32,000 nucleotides of DNA. It comes from an archaeon GW2011_AR10. Lineage in GTDB: Archaea > Iainarchaeota > Iainarchaeia > Iainarchaeales > GW2011-AR10. This document shows positions 8,839-15,932 of this stretch, one piece after another. A program made the position numbers and the translations under genes. How positions within the stretch are numbered: position 1 is the first letter of the stretch; each line of letters begins with the position of its first letter. The notes under the pieces are model-generated. The model was not told where the DNA came from. It did no database searches and saw nothing but the letters and a program-made list of their open reading frames with translations. Location of the stretch: the NCBI GenBank assembly GCA_000830275.1, contig CP010424.1:1200001-1232000 (forward strand), in the 5' to 3' direction.

Positions 8839-9157
8839 CTAAAAAGAAGCAATCATTAAAAGATTTTTTTTATCCCGAATTTTTCCATTAAAATCTTGCT
8901 TGCTTTTTCCATTGTTGGAACTCTAAAGATGTTTTTGAGAGTGCCGTCAGCTCCCGTTACCCTAACCAAATACTTGTAAGGCCTGCCGGTTGTTTCAAAA
9001 ACAGCAATAGTTTTGCCCCTTTCTTGAAGTACCCTAATTCGCGTTTAATTGAAATATCAACTGGTACGGCGCGCCTCTTCTTTAGCTCTTCAGGCAAAGA
9101 GTTTTTGCCTACTTCAACTGGCTTCTGTGGAGGCTTTTTCCGTGGCCTTGCAGGCAT
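8839..9157 (-). pseudogene. small basic protein gene interrupted by a -1/+2 frame change (or assembly indel)
   Basis: The frame A ORF 8957..9157 (MPARPRKKPP...YFKKG) stops at 8957. An adjacent frame stays open from about 9036 down to the stop at 8839 (IRVLQERGKTIAVFETTGRPYKYLVRVTGADGTLKNIFRVPTMEKASKILMEKFG) but has no usable start. The frames can be joined at the AAAGGGG run near 9003-9009. Confidence 0.4.
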
Positions 9158-9225
9158 TAGAAGAATATAATTAAGAAGATATTTAAGTCTTTAGATTTCA
9201 TGGTGGAACAGGAGGTGAAGCGGCT

Positions 9226-11356
9226 ATGAGAAAGTTCTATATTACAACGGCAATTGACTATCCAAACTCTAAGCCCCATCTTCGGCCACGCTTACGAGAA
9301 AACTGTTGCTGACAGCATTGCGCGCTGGCACAGGCTGAAAGGCGAGGAAGTTTTTTTCCTAACCGGAACTGATGAGCACGGCAAAAAAATACAGAACGCA
9401 GCAGAACAAGCAGGAATGAAGCCGAAAGCATTTGTTGACATGCAGGTTAAAAGCTTCAAGGAATTAGTGGAAAATTGGAGCATTTCAAATGACAACTTCA
9501 TCCGCACCACTGACCCAATGCATGAAAAGATGTGCCAAGAGTTGTTTCAAAGAGTGCTGGACAAGGGAGACATCTATTTGGGAGAGTATGAAGGATTGTA
9601 CTGCACCAACTGCGAGGCTTTCTACCTTGAAAAAGATTTACTGAATGGCCTGTGTCCTGTCCACAAAAAACCGCTGGAGAAAATCAAGGAGGAAAGCTAC
9701 TTTTTCAGAATGTCAAAGTACCAGGAGCAGTGGCTGGAGTTCATTGAAAGAAACCCTGAGTTCATTCTTCCTGTGAGAAGAAAGCAGGAAATAGTGAACA
9801 GGGTAAAAGAGGGGCTGCGCGACCTAAGTGTTTCCCGTACAACGTTCAAGTGGGGCATACCGCTCAAAAACAACTCGCGGCACGTTATTTATGTCTGGTT
9901 TGACGCGCTGCTGAACTATTTTTCAGGAATTGATTTTCCTTCAAAAAAATTTGAAAAATTCTGGCCCGCAGACATTCACGTGATAGGCAAAGATATTCTC
10001 TGGTTTCATGCGGTTATTTGGCCGGCAATGCTTTTCTCTCTCGGCATTCAGGCCCCGAAAAAAATTTTTGTGCACGGCTTTATCAACACTTCAACTGGAG
10101 AAAAACTGTCCAAGAGCTCCGGCAACGTGATTGACCCGATTAAGTTGGCTGAAGACTACGGCGTTGACTCAGTGCGATATTACCTCCTTAGGGAAATCCC
10201 GTTAAGCGAAGACGGTGAGTTCTCGGAGAAAGGCTTGATTACAAGGCACAACACCGAGCTGGCAAACGAGCTTGGCAACCTTCTGCATAGAACTTTAACT
10301 TTGATTGAAAAAAATTTTCAGGGAAAAATCCCTGCAGGAAAAACTGATGAGAACCTAGCCAAAAAACTCAAGCTTCAGAAAATAGGGCAGCACTTTGACG
10401 GGCTTGAGGTTCACTTGGCCTTGTCAGAAATTTTTTCTTTTGTAGGCGCGTGCAACAAGTACTTGAACGAAAAAGAGCCGTGGAAATTAAGCGGAAAAGA
10501 ACTCGAGAATGTTCTTTACAGTGTTTCCGATTCACTGCGTGTTATTTCAATCCTTCTTTCCCCAGTGATGCCTTCAGCAAGCGATAGAATGAACAGGCAG
10601 CTTGGGGTTAAAGCAGGAACGCTTAAAGAATGCAGTTTCAACCTGCTGAAGGCAGGGGCAAAAATCGGCAAAAAAGAAATTCTGTTCAAGAAATTCGAGT
10701 TAAAGGAAGAGAGTGGCTTCAGGGCTGAAAGAGTGGAAGTGAAAATTGCACCGCGGCTTGAAAAGCTTGGCCTGAAAGCGATTGGTGCAAAGATTTTCAA
10801 TATTTGTGTAAAGAAAAAGCATGAAGGGCTGGAAAAAGAAAAAAGGAAGGCAGTGGAGGAAGCTGACCTTGACAGCAGGGAAGAGCAGAAAGTAATCCAA
10901 GGGTACCTGGATTTGTATGATGCCCTTGGAGTGAAGCGGGACAAGCACGCCGTGAAAAACTTGATAGAGATTGCCAGAAAGTCCGGAAAGCTCCCTACAA
11001 TCAACACAGTCGTGGATTCATACAATCTTGTGTCATTGAAGAAAGGGCTGGTTGTTGGAGCGCATGACTTGGATAATATTTCAGGAAAGGTCAGGGTTGA
11101 AACCGCGGAAGGAAACGAGCTCTACGTTCCTTTAGGGGAAAACAAAAAAGCAAAAGTGGATGCGGGAGAATATATTTTCAGGGATGACAAGGTTGTGTTG
11201 TGTAGGCTTGACGTAAAGCAGGGCGAGCACACAAAAATCACCAAGGAAACGAAAAACGTTTTTTTGTACGTTCAAGGAAACAAGAGCACTCCGCAGAAAT
11301 ATTTGGAAGATGCGATGGAAGAAATCCTTGGAAAAATCGAGAAGTACTGCAGCTGA
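9226..11356 (+). CDS. metG: methionine--tRNA ligase with an apparent +1 frameshift at about 9283 and a C-terminal B3/4-type domain
   Basis: GGAGGTGA (9211-9218) lies 7 nt before ATG 9226, which encodes MRKFYITTAIDYPNSKPHL. The ORF-track frame (9254..11356) continues GHAYEKTVADSIARWHRLKGEEVFFLTGTDEHGKKIQ. Together these give the class I HIGH motif (PHLGHAY). A KLSKS motif, a CxxC...C.H knuckle and an anticodon-binding region are also present. Confidence 0.9.
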
Positions 11357-11358
11357 AA

Positions 11359-11721
11359 TTAATGAGACCGCTGCCTGATCTGCATTCGCACTTGCTTTAA
11401 AAATATTTTTAACTCTCTTGTAGAAGTTGCGCCTGCAACTATTTCTTTTACAAAGGCAGGCGTAAGCTCTGTTCTTTTGCTGTCGCTTCCAAAGCTCACT
11501 AAAACGTTTTTACCGGAAATTTTGGCTGATGAAACAGCGTCTGCGAATGCTTCAATCTCTTTTCTTGGAACCCTGATGTCAGAGACATTTGCAAGGAGCC
11601 CGTTGCCGATTTCCCTCAAATAATTTCCTTTAACCCGTTCAAAAATCAGCCAGTATGCCTTGCTCGCGTCCATTCTAATAGGGATTTTATTTTTTGGTTT
11701 TTTTCCGGGTTTTGGCATCAC
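11359..11721 (-). CDS. hypothetical protein with a basic N-terminus
   Basis: 120-aa ORF, convergent with metG. No family recognised. Confidence 0.45.
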   Translation of the reverse strand: MMPKPGKKPKNKIPIRMDASKAYWLIFERVKGNYLREIGNGLLANVSDIRVPRKEIEAFADAVSSAKISGKNVLVSFGSDSKRTELTPAFVKEIVAGATSTRELKIFLKQVRMQIRQRSH

Positions 11722-11765
11722 GTAAATTTAAGTGCAATTGCCTTAATATTTGTTTCCAGAAAAAG

Positions 11766-12161
11766 CTATTTTTTCCTGACTACCCTTATGTAATTGCCCC
11801 ACTTGTGGTACTCAACTTCTACCCCGCCTTGCAGGCCAACGATTTCCTTTGGTTTTGGAATATCAAAGGTTTCATAGCTTTCCACGTTCATTAGTTGGAT
11901 TGTTTCACCCATTACCGCTACAACTTGTGCGGATTTTTTCTCAATTATTGGCACTTCAACGTCTGCATCAGCCGGCTTCAAGAGGTTTCTTTTCTGGTTG
12001 TCGAATACGCCCATTGCAACAACCCTTACTTTGGCTGCCCCATGCTTTCCCGGCTTTGATTTCTCAGTGCTTTTAACCTGGCATGGAAAACTATCAATCA
12101 GAACATAACTGCCGGGCTTCAAGTGGCCGGCCTGAGCAAACCGCTTTTCGCCTTCATCCAT
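11766..12161 (-). CDS. eif5a: translation initiation factor 5A (aIF5A)
   Basis: GHLKPGSYVLID...KSKPGKHGAAKVRVVAMG contains the hypusine-site loop (PGKHG). The 131-aa length and C-terminal OB region fit the family. Confidence 0.93.
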   Translation of the reverse strand: MDEGEKRFAQAGHLKPGSYVLIDSFPCQVKSTEKSKPGKHGAAKVRVVAMGVFDNQKRNLLKPADADVEVPIIEKKSAQVVAVMGETIQLMNVESYETFDIPKPKEIVGLQGGVEVEYHKWGNYIRVVRKK

Positions 12162-12333
12162 CCAAAATCATAAGAGTTAAGTGTAATAGGTTTAAATACC
12201 TTTTTTTCGTCCGCCAAAAAATCTGCTTAATTGCATTCGCTTTAAATCATTTCCGTATTTATTTTCAGTTATATATGGAATATGTGGGTGGTTTTGTTGG
12301 TTGGCTGGTTTTCACGTGCTGCGGGTGATTTGA

Positions 12334-12798
12334 GTGTTTGAGAAGTTCAAGGGCAAGCTTGAAAGCATTGTGAAGAACAGAAAAGACGCAAACCTTGCGG
12401 TGTTCGTTGACGGCCCCAACATTCTGAGGAAAGAATTAAATGTTGACTTGGCTGAAATAAAGAGATTGCTTTCAAAGTACGGGAAAATCAAGATTGGAAA
12501 AGTTTTCCTCAACCAGTATGCCAACAACAAGCTCATTGAAGCGGTTGTCAACCAGGGCTTTGAGTCAGTGGTAACAGTCGGAGACATCGATGTATCAATG
12601 GCTGCTGATGCAGTGGAAGCAGTCTATAACCCGGCAGTGCAGGCAATCGCTTTTGTAACTCGCGATTCTGATTTTCTTCCGGCAATAGTGAAAGCCAAAA
12701 GAAACGGCAAGGAAACAATTGTTGTTTTAGTGGAAGAATCAAGTGCTGCTGCGCTCAAAAACAATGCTGACCACGTGATTGTGCTTAAAAAGAGCTGA
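12334..12798 (+). CDS. NYN/LabA-like (PIN-fold) nuclease-domain protein
   Basis: GTG start. AVFVDGPNI near the N-terminus and TRDSDFLPAIVKAKRNGKETIVV are typical of NYN/DUF88 proteins. Confidence 0.7.
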   Translation: MFEKFKGKLESIVKNRKDANLAVFVDGPNILRKELNVDLAEIKRLLSKYGKIKIGKVFLNQYANNKLIEAVVNQGFESVVTVGDIDVSMAADAVEAVYNPAVQAIAFVTRDSDFLPAIVKAKRNGKETIVVLVEESSAAALKNNADHVIVLKKS

Positions 12799-12802
12799 TG
12801 AA

Positions 12803-13294
12803 ATGAACCTTCCGGTTGGAGACATAATCAAGCAGGGAATTAAACTGAAGGAATTTGATTCAAGAATAATTGAGTCATTTTATGATAAGGAGTTTTCAGG
12901 CTACTTGGTTGCATCAATTGAAGGATATGCAGGCATAGAGGAAGGCGCGCTCTTGTTCAAGAAAGGATTGCTTATAGGGGCCTTTTACGAGTACCTCAAT
13001 TATGGCATAACTGTGCATGGAAACCAGGCAGTGCAGCAGGTTTTTAATTCTTTGGCAGCAGAATATGGCGTAATAGATGTAATATCTTTGACCAACCAGC
13101 AGGCGGATTTGATTACGGCTTTCAATGATAAAATAAAGCTGACCGTGAATGTTGGAAAAAAGGATGTCCGCAAGCTCTCGAGGAGTTTTTACTCAAATGA
13201 GTTCGCGGAAAAAGTTCTTTCCAAAGTGCTTGAAAAGCACGAGTCAAGAAAAAACGTCTTCAAAAAGCTCGGGTTAACCGATTTAGGTGGTTAA
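12803..13294 (+). CDS. hypothetical protein (resembles archaeal DUF2226-type proteins; unverified)
   Basis: ORF track 12779..13294, trimmed to ATG 12803, 4 nt after the NYN stop. FSGYLVASIEG...GALLFKKGLLIGAFYE...GNQAVQQVF...GVIDVISL resembles DUF2226 from memory only. Confidence 0.5.
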   Translation: MNLPVGDIIKQGIKLKEFDSRIIESFYDKEFSGYLVASIEGYAGIEEGALLFKKGLLIGAFYEYLNYGITVHGNQAVQQVFNSLAAEYGVIDVISLTNQQADLITAFNDKIKLTVNVGKKDVRKLSRSFYSNEFAEKVLSKVLEKHESRKNVFKKLGLTDLGG

Positions 13295-13759
13295 GTGTCG
13301 ATTCTGACAAGCGCGAAATCAGCAATTAAGGGCCTAGCCGAAAAAATCCTTTACGTGGACGATACCAGTGTTGCAAGAGACCAGTTAAGGGTTCTAGAGG
13401 ACTACTACTCCAAATTCTACTTTGACACAAACACCGATGACCTGCAGGAGCTGGCCGGAATTTTAAAGAAAAAGCATTTCGTTGACTCAATCTGTGTTTC
13501 CCAAAACAATGGTTCAATGATTGTCAGCACCAACGGCCAAGACCTAAACGAAGCAGTTATTGGAACGGCTTTATTCAATTACATCCAGTCAGAGATTCCA
13601 AAAAGCGAAGCAGTTATGATAAAGTCAAAGGACTGGTTCATGCTTTACCCTTACGAGCACAAAATCTACATTGTAAAAGCCCCAGCCAGCCTTTCAGTTG
13701 TTGAGTTGAGGGCCATAGCCAAGGACATGGAGTGCTTTTTCTCCAAGAGAAAAAAGTAG
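13295..13759 (+). CDS. hypothetical protein, possible roadblock/LC7-like fold
   Basis: The GTG start immediately follows the preceding stop. VDSICVSQNNGSMIVSTNGQDLNEAVIGTALFNYIQ looks like a roadblock-type alpha/beta core. This is a weak call. Confidence 0.45.
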   Translation: MSILTSAKSAIKGLAEKILYVDDTSVARDQLRVLEDYYSKFYFDTNTDDLQELAGILKKKHFVDSICVSQNNGSMIVSTNGQDLNEAVIGTALFNYIQSEIPKSEAVMIKSKDWFMLYPYEHKIYIVKAPASLSVVELRAIAKDMECFFSKRKK

Positions 13760-13783
13760 CTGTTCAAGCGTTCCTGAGATCGA

Positions 13784-13896
13784 ATAATTCCACCAAACAA
13801 CCATTTAAAAATGGCGGAATTATAACTCTCAAAAACCACCGATTGAAGCAGGCAGGATGCCTATATTGCTTCCATTAGAATCAAGTGGTTTTTGAG
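13784..13896 (+). repeat. twin-hairpin element, copy X
   Basis: Hairpin 1 is ATAATTCCAC (13784-13793) paired with GCGGAATTAT (13814-13823), with one mismatch. Hairpin 2 is CTCAAAAACCAC (13828-13839) paired with GTGGTTTTTGAG (13885-13896), perfect over 12 bp. It shares architecture and stem words with 20975-21142. Confidence 0.6.
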
Positions 13897-13974
13897 AAGC
13901 TTTTTAAAAGAATTAACACATCATTCTATAGCAAAATGCTTATGTATTTGAACAAAAAATTGCATTTTGCAACT

Positions 13975-14018
13975 AGCAAACAGCAAATGAAATGTTCAAA
14001 AAATTAATGCTGTTTGCT
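13975..14018. promoter_or_regulatory. 11-bp perfect inverted repeat spanning the minD promoter region
   Basis: AGCAAACAGCA (13975-13985) pairs with TGCTGTTTGCT (14008-14018). The loop holds AAAAAATTAAT and the repeat ends 22 nt before ATG 14041. Confidence 0.35.
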
Positions 14019-14040
14019 ATAATTGCATGGAGCGGTTTTG

Positions 14041-14877
14041 ATGGGCAGAGTAATAGCCTTAGTGTCAGGGAAAGGCGGGGTTGGAAAAACCACGATTGCA
14101 GCCGAATTAGGGATTGCTCTAGCGAAAAGAAACCTCAAGGTGTGCTTGATTGATGCGGATGTTGCAATGGCCAACTTGAGTCTGCTGCTTAACATGCAGA
14201 GTTCTCCTTTAACACTCCATGATGTCCTGCTTGGGGAATCAGCAATAAATGATGCCATATATGATGGCCCGGAAGGAGTGAAACTTATTCCAAGTGGTTT
14301 AAGCCTTGAGAATTACAGGAGAGTTGACGCTGAACGCCTGCAGTCAGTGGTTGAATCAATTTCCGGGCAGTTTGACTTCATTATCCTTGACTGCCCTGCA
14401 GGAATAGAGAAAGGAGTCATGGCTGCAATTGCCGCAGCAAATGAAGTGCTTCTCATAACAATGCCGAACTCTCCTTCAATTGCGGATGTATTGAAGGCAA
14501 AGATTACTGCGCAGAGGCTTGGCACAAGAGTTATTGGTGTAGTTGTAAATTTCATTCGCGGAGAAAAAGGTGAAATAAACCAGGACGACATAATGAAGCT
14601 ACTGGAGCTGCCTGTTTACGGCATGATTCCATATGACCCAGAGGTAAGGAAGTCCTTCATGCAGGAAAAGGTTGCACCTCTTATGGTTAGAAAGCCTACA
14701 AGTCCTGCAGCAGTTGCAGTGCAGAGAACTGCTGCAAAAATTGCCGGAATTCCTGTTTCATTCGCTGAGCCAGCGAGAAAAAGAGGTTTTCTTGCAAACT
14801 TTTTTAATAAGTTGCTGGGCATATTTAGAAAGAAGAAGGTTACAAACCACATCAAAGAGGAAACTGAGAAGAAATGA
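14041..14877 (+). CDS. minD: MinD/ParA-family ATPase with a C-terminal amphipathic membrane-targeting helix
   Basis: ORF track 14023..14877, trimmed to ATG 14041. It has the deviant Walker A SGKGGVGKTT, then LIDAD and ILDCPAG. The C-terminal GFLANFFNKLLGIFRKKK is amphipathic. Confidence 0.88.
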   Translation: MGRVIALVSGKGGVGKTTIAAELGIALAKRNLKVCLIDADVAMANLSLLLNMQSSPLTLHDVLLGESAINDAIYDGPEGVKLIPSGLSLENYRRVDAERLQSVVESISGQFDFIILDCPAGIEKGVMAAIAAANEVLLITMPNSPSIADVLKAKITAQRLGTRVIGVVVNFIRGEKGEINQDDIMKLLELPVYGMIPYDPEVRKSFMQEKVAPLMVRKPTSPAAVAVQRTAAKIAGIPVSFAEPARKRGFLANFFNKLLGIFRKKKVTNHIKEETEKK

Positions 14878-15092
14878 GCAGCAGGCCATTTGACCTTTTG
14901 AACGAAAGCATTGGAAAAAACGTTCTAGTGGTACTCAAGGACAACATTAGCATCAGAGGAAAACTCAAAGCGTTTGACATCCACATGAATATTGTTTTAG
15001 AAGATGCGGAAAAACTTGAAGACGGCGAAGTCAAAACAAAATACGGAAAACTAATGGTTCGCGGCGACAACGTTCTAATGATTAGCCCTTAA
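14874..15092 (+). CDS. Sm-like archaeal protein (SmAP/LSm)
   Basis: Sm1 is GKNVLVVLKDNISIRGKLKAFDIHMNIVLEDAE and Sm2 is KLMVRGDNVLMISP. 72 aa. Its start overlaps the minD stop (ATGA). Confidence 0.9.
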   Translation: MSSRPFDLLNESIGKNVLVVLKDNISIRGKLKAFDIHMNIVLEDAEKLEDGEVKTKYGKLMVRGDNVLMISP

Positions 15093-15095
15093 ATT

Positions 15096-15674
15096 TTATC
15101 TTCTTCTGATTGACCAGTTGCTGTTCAACCTTTTTGCTGCCTGCGAGTTTTTTTTTCTGTTGATTTTAAGCGGCCAGTTCCGTGGAAGCAATGGTTTAAT
15201 TGCACTGCGAAAAGAAATTAGGGGGCTCTTGAACATTTCACTAAGCGACTGGTTCTCTTTCAGCGAAAAAGGTTTTTTGCTTGACCTGATTCCGGGCCTT
15301 CTTTCAACCCAATCAACAGTCCTATCAACCAAAACATTTCCTCCGTCCCTGAAATCAATCGTGAAGTTTCCATTGCGTGTAACCACTTCAAGCACAAAAT
15401 GGTATTTTCTCTTGCTTTTATCCCGCCTGTAAACCCTCACATAAGATGGAAATCCTTTCTTTTGGAACCTGCTGGCTCCAACAACAACCTGCTCAGGGCA
15501 AAATCCTTTAACCGGAAAAATTTTGCTTTTCTCAATTTCCTCAATTGTTCTTCCAAGAAGAGAAGTTTTCAGTTCAGGAGCAAAGCGGAAATCCCTGCGC
15601 ATTCCTCCAACAACCTCTCTTATTTCTTCCGGAATGTCTTTCTGCTGCATACCAAAACAAACGCTGTTCTGCAT
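15096..15674 (-). CDS. hypothetical basic protein
   Basis: ORF track 15096..15797, trimmed to ATG 15674 (or 15650) because the upstream extension runs antisense through tRNA-Ala. No family recognised. Confidence 0.45.
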   Translation of the reverse strand: MQNSVCFGMQQKDIPEEIREVVGGMRRDFRFAPELKTSLLGRTIEEIEKSKIFPVKGFCPEQVVVGASRFQKKGFPSYVRVYRRDKSKRKYHFVLEVVTRNGNFTIDFRDGGNVLVDRTVDWVERRPGIRSSKKPFSLKENQSLSEMFKSPLISFRSAIKPLLPRNWPLKINRKKNSQAAKRLNSNWSIRRR

Positions 15675-15701
15675 TAAAAAAGTGCTGTTTACATCCAATC
15701 C

Positions 15702-15709
15702 TTTAATTA
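15702..15709 (+). promoter_or_regulatory. TATA-like box for tRNA-Ala
   Basis: TTTAATTA is centred about 30 nt upstream of tRNA position 1 (15736). Confidence 0.35.
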
Positions 15710-15735
15710 CTTTTCTGAGGAAATAATTGTTGGAA

Positions 15736-15837
15736 AGGGCTCGTGGTCTAGTGGCATGACGGATCCTTGGCGATGAATGCAAAATTAATGCTTTCACTTG
15801 AATGGATCAAATTGGGGGTTCGATTCCCCCCGAGTCC
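15736..15837 (+). tRNA. tRNA-Ala(GGC) with an intron of about 30 nt at or next to the canonical 37/38 site
   Basis: Folded by eye. The acceptor is GGGCTCG/CGAGTCC with the G3:U70 alanine identity pair. D arm GTCT-AGTGGCA-TGAC; anticodon stem GATCC/GGATC; loop TTGGCG giving anticodon GGC. The insert is about 15772-15801 with an internal helix TGAAxGC/GCxTTCA. Variable loop AAATT; T arm GGGGG-TTCGATT-CCCCC; discriminator A. CCA is not encoded. Confidence 0.85.
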
Positions 15838-15838
15838 A

Positions 15839-15892
15839 TCGGCTGAAACCTCAGCCGGCAAGGTGTGGAATACTCGTTTCACTCGTATTCCA
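15839..15892 (+). other. two hairpins in the tRNA-Ala trailer
   Basis: CGGCTGA-AACC-TCAGCCG (15839-15856) and GTGGAATAC-11 nt-GTATTCCAC (15864-15892). The second reuses the ATTCCAC/GTGGAAT word of the twin-hairpin elements. Confidence 0.5.
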
Positions 15893-15918
15893 CTGGCTCG
15901 CTCCGCTCGCAAAATGAG

Positions 15919-15926
15919 GTTTTTTT
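15919..15926 (+). terminator. T8 tract, likely archaeal terminator for the tRNA-Ala transcript
   Basis: Eight consecutive T residues lie 82 nt after the tRNA 3' end. Oligo-T is the known archaeal termination signal. Confidence 0.4.
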
Positions 15927-15932
15927 TGTTTC

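Noticed and set aside
9254-9256. TTG at 9254 as the true metG start
   Set aside because: The upstream frame from ATG 9226, preceded by GGAGGTGA, encodes the canonical MetRS N-terminus up to the HIGH motif. The TTG product would therefore lack conserved catalytic-core residues, and a frameshift is the better explanation.
10516-11025. Antisense ORFs inside well-supported genes: 10516..11025 in metG, 5452..5916 and 6359..6852 in mcm, 23684..24190, 25570..26100, 27318..27767 and 27764..28234 in the superoperon
   Set aside because: Each lies entirely within a gene carrying diagnostic family motifs on the other strand. Their products are low-complexity (Ser/Leu/Phe-rich) and match no recognisable family.
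15675-15797. N-terminal extension of the 15096..15797 ORF
   Set aside because: It runs antisense through tRNA-Ala (15736-15837) and its promoter. Internal ATGs at 15674 and 15650 give a gene that does not overlap the tRNA.
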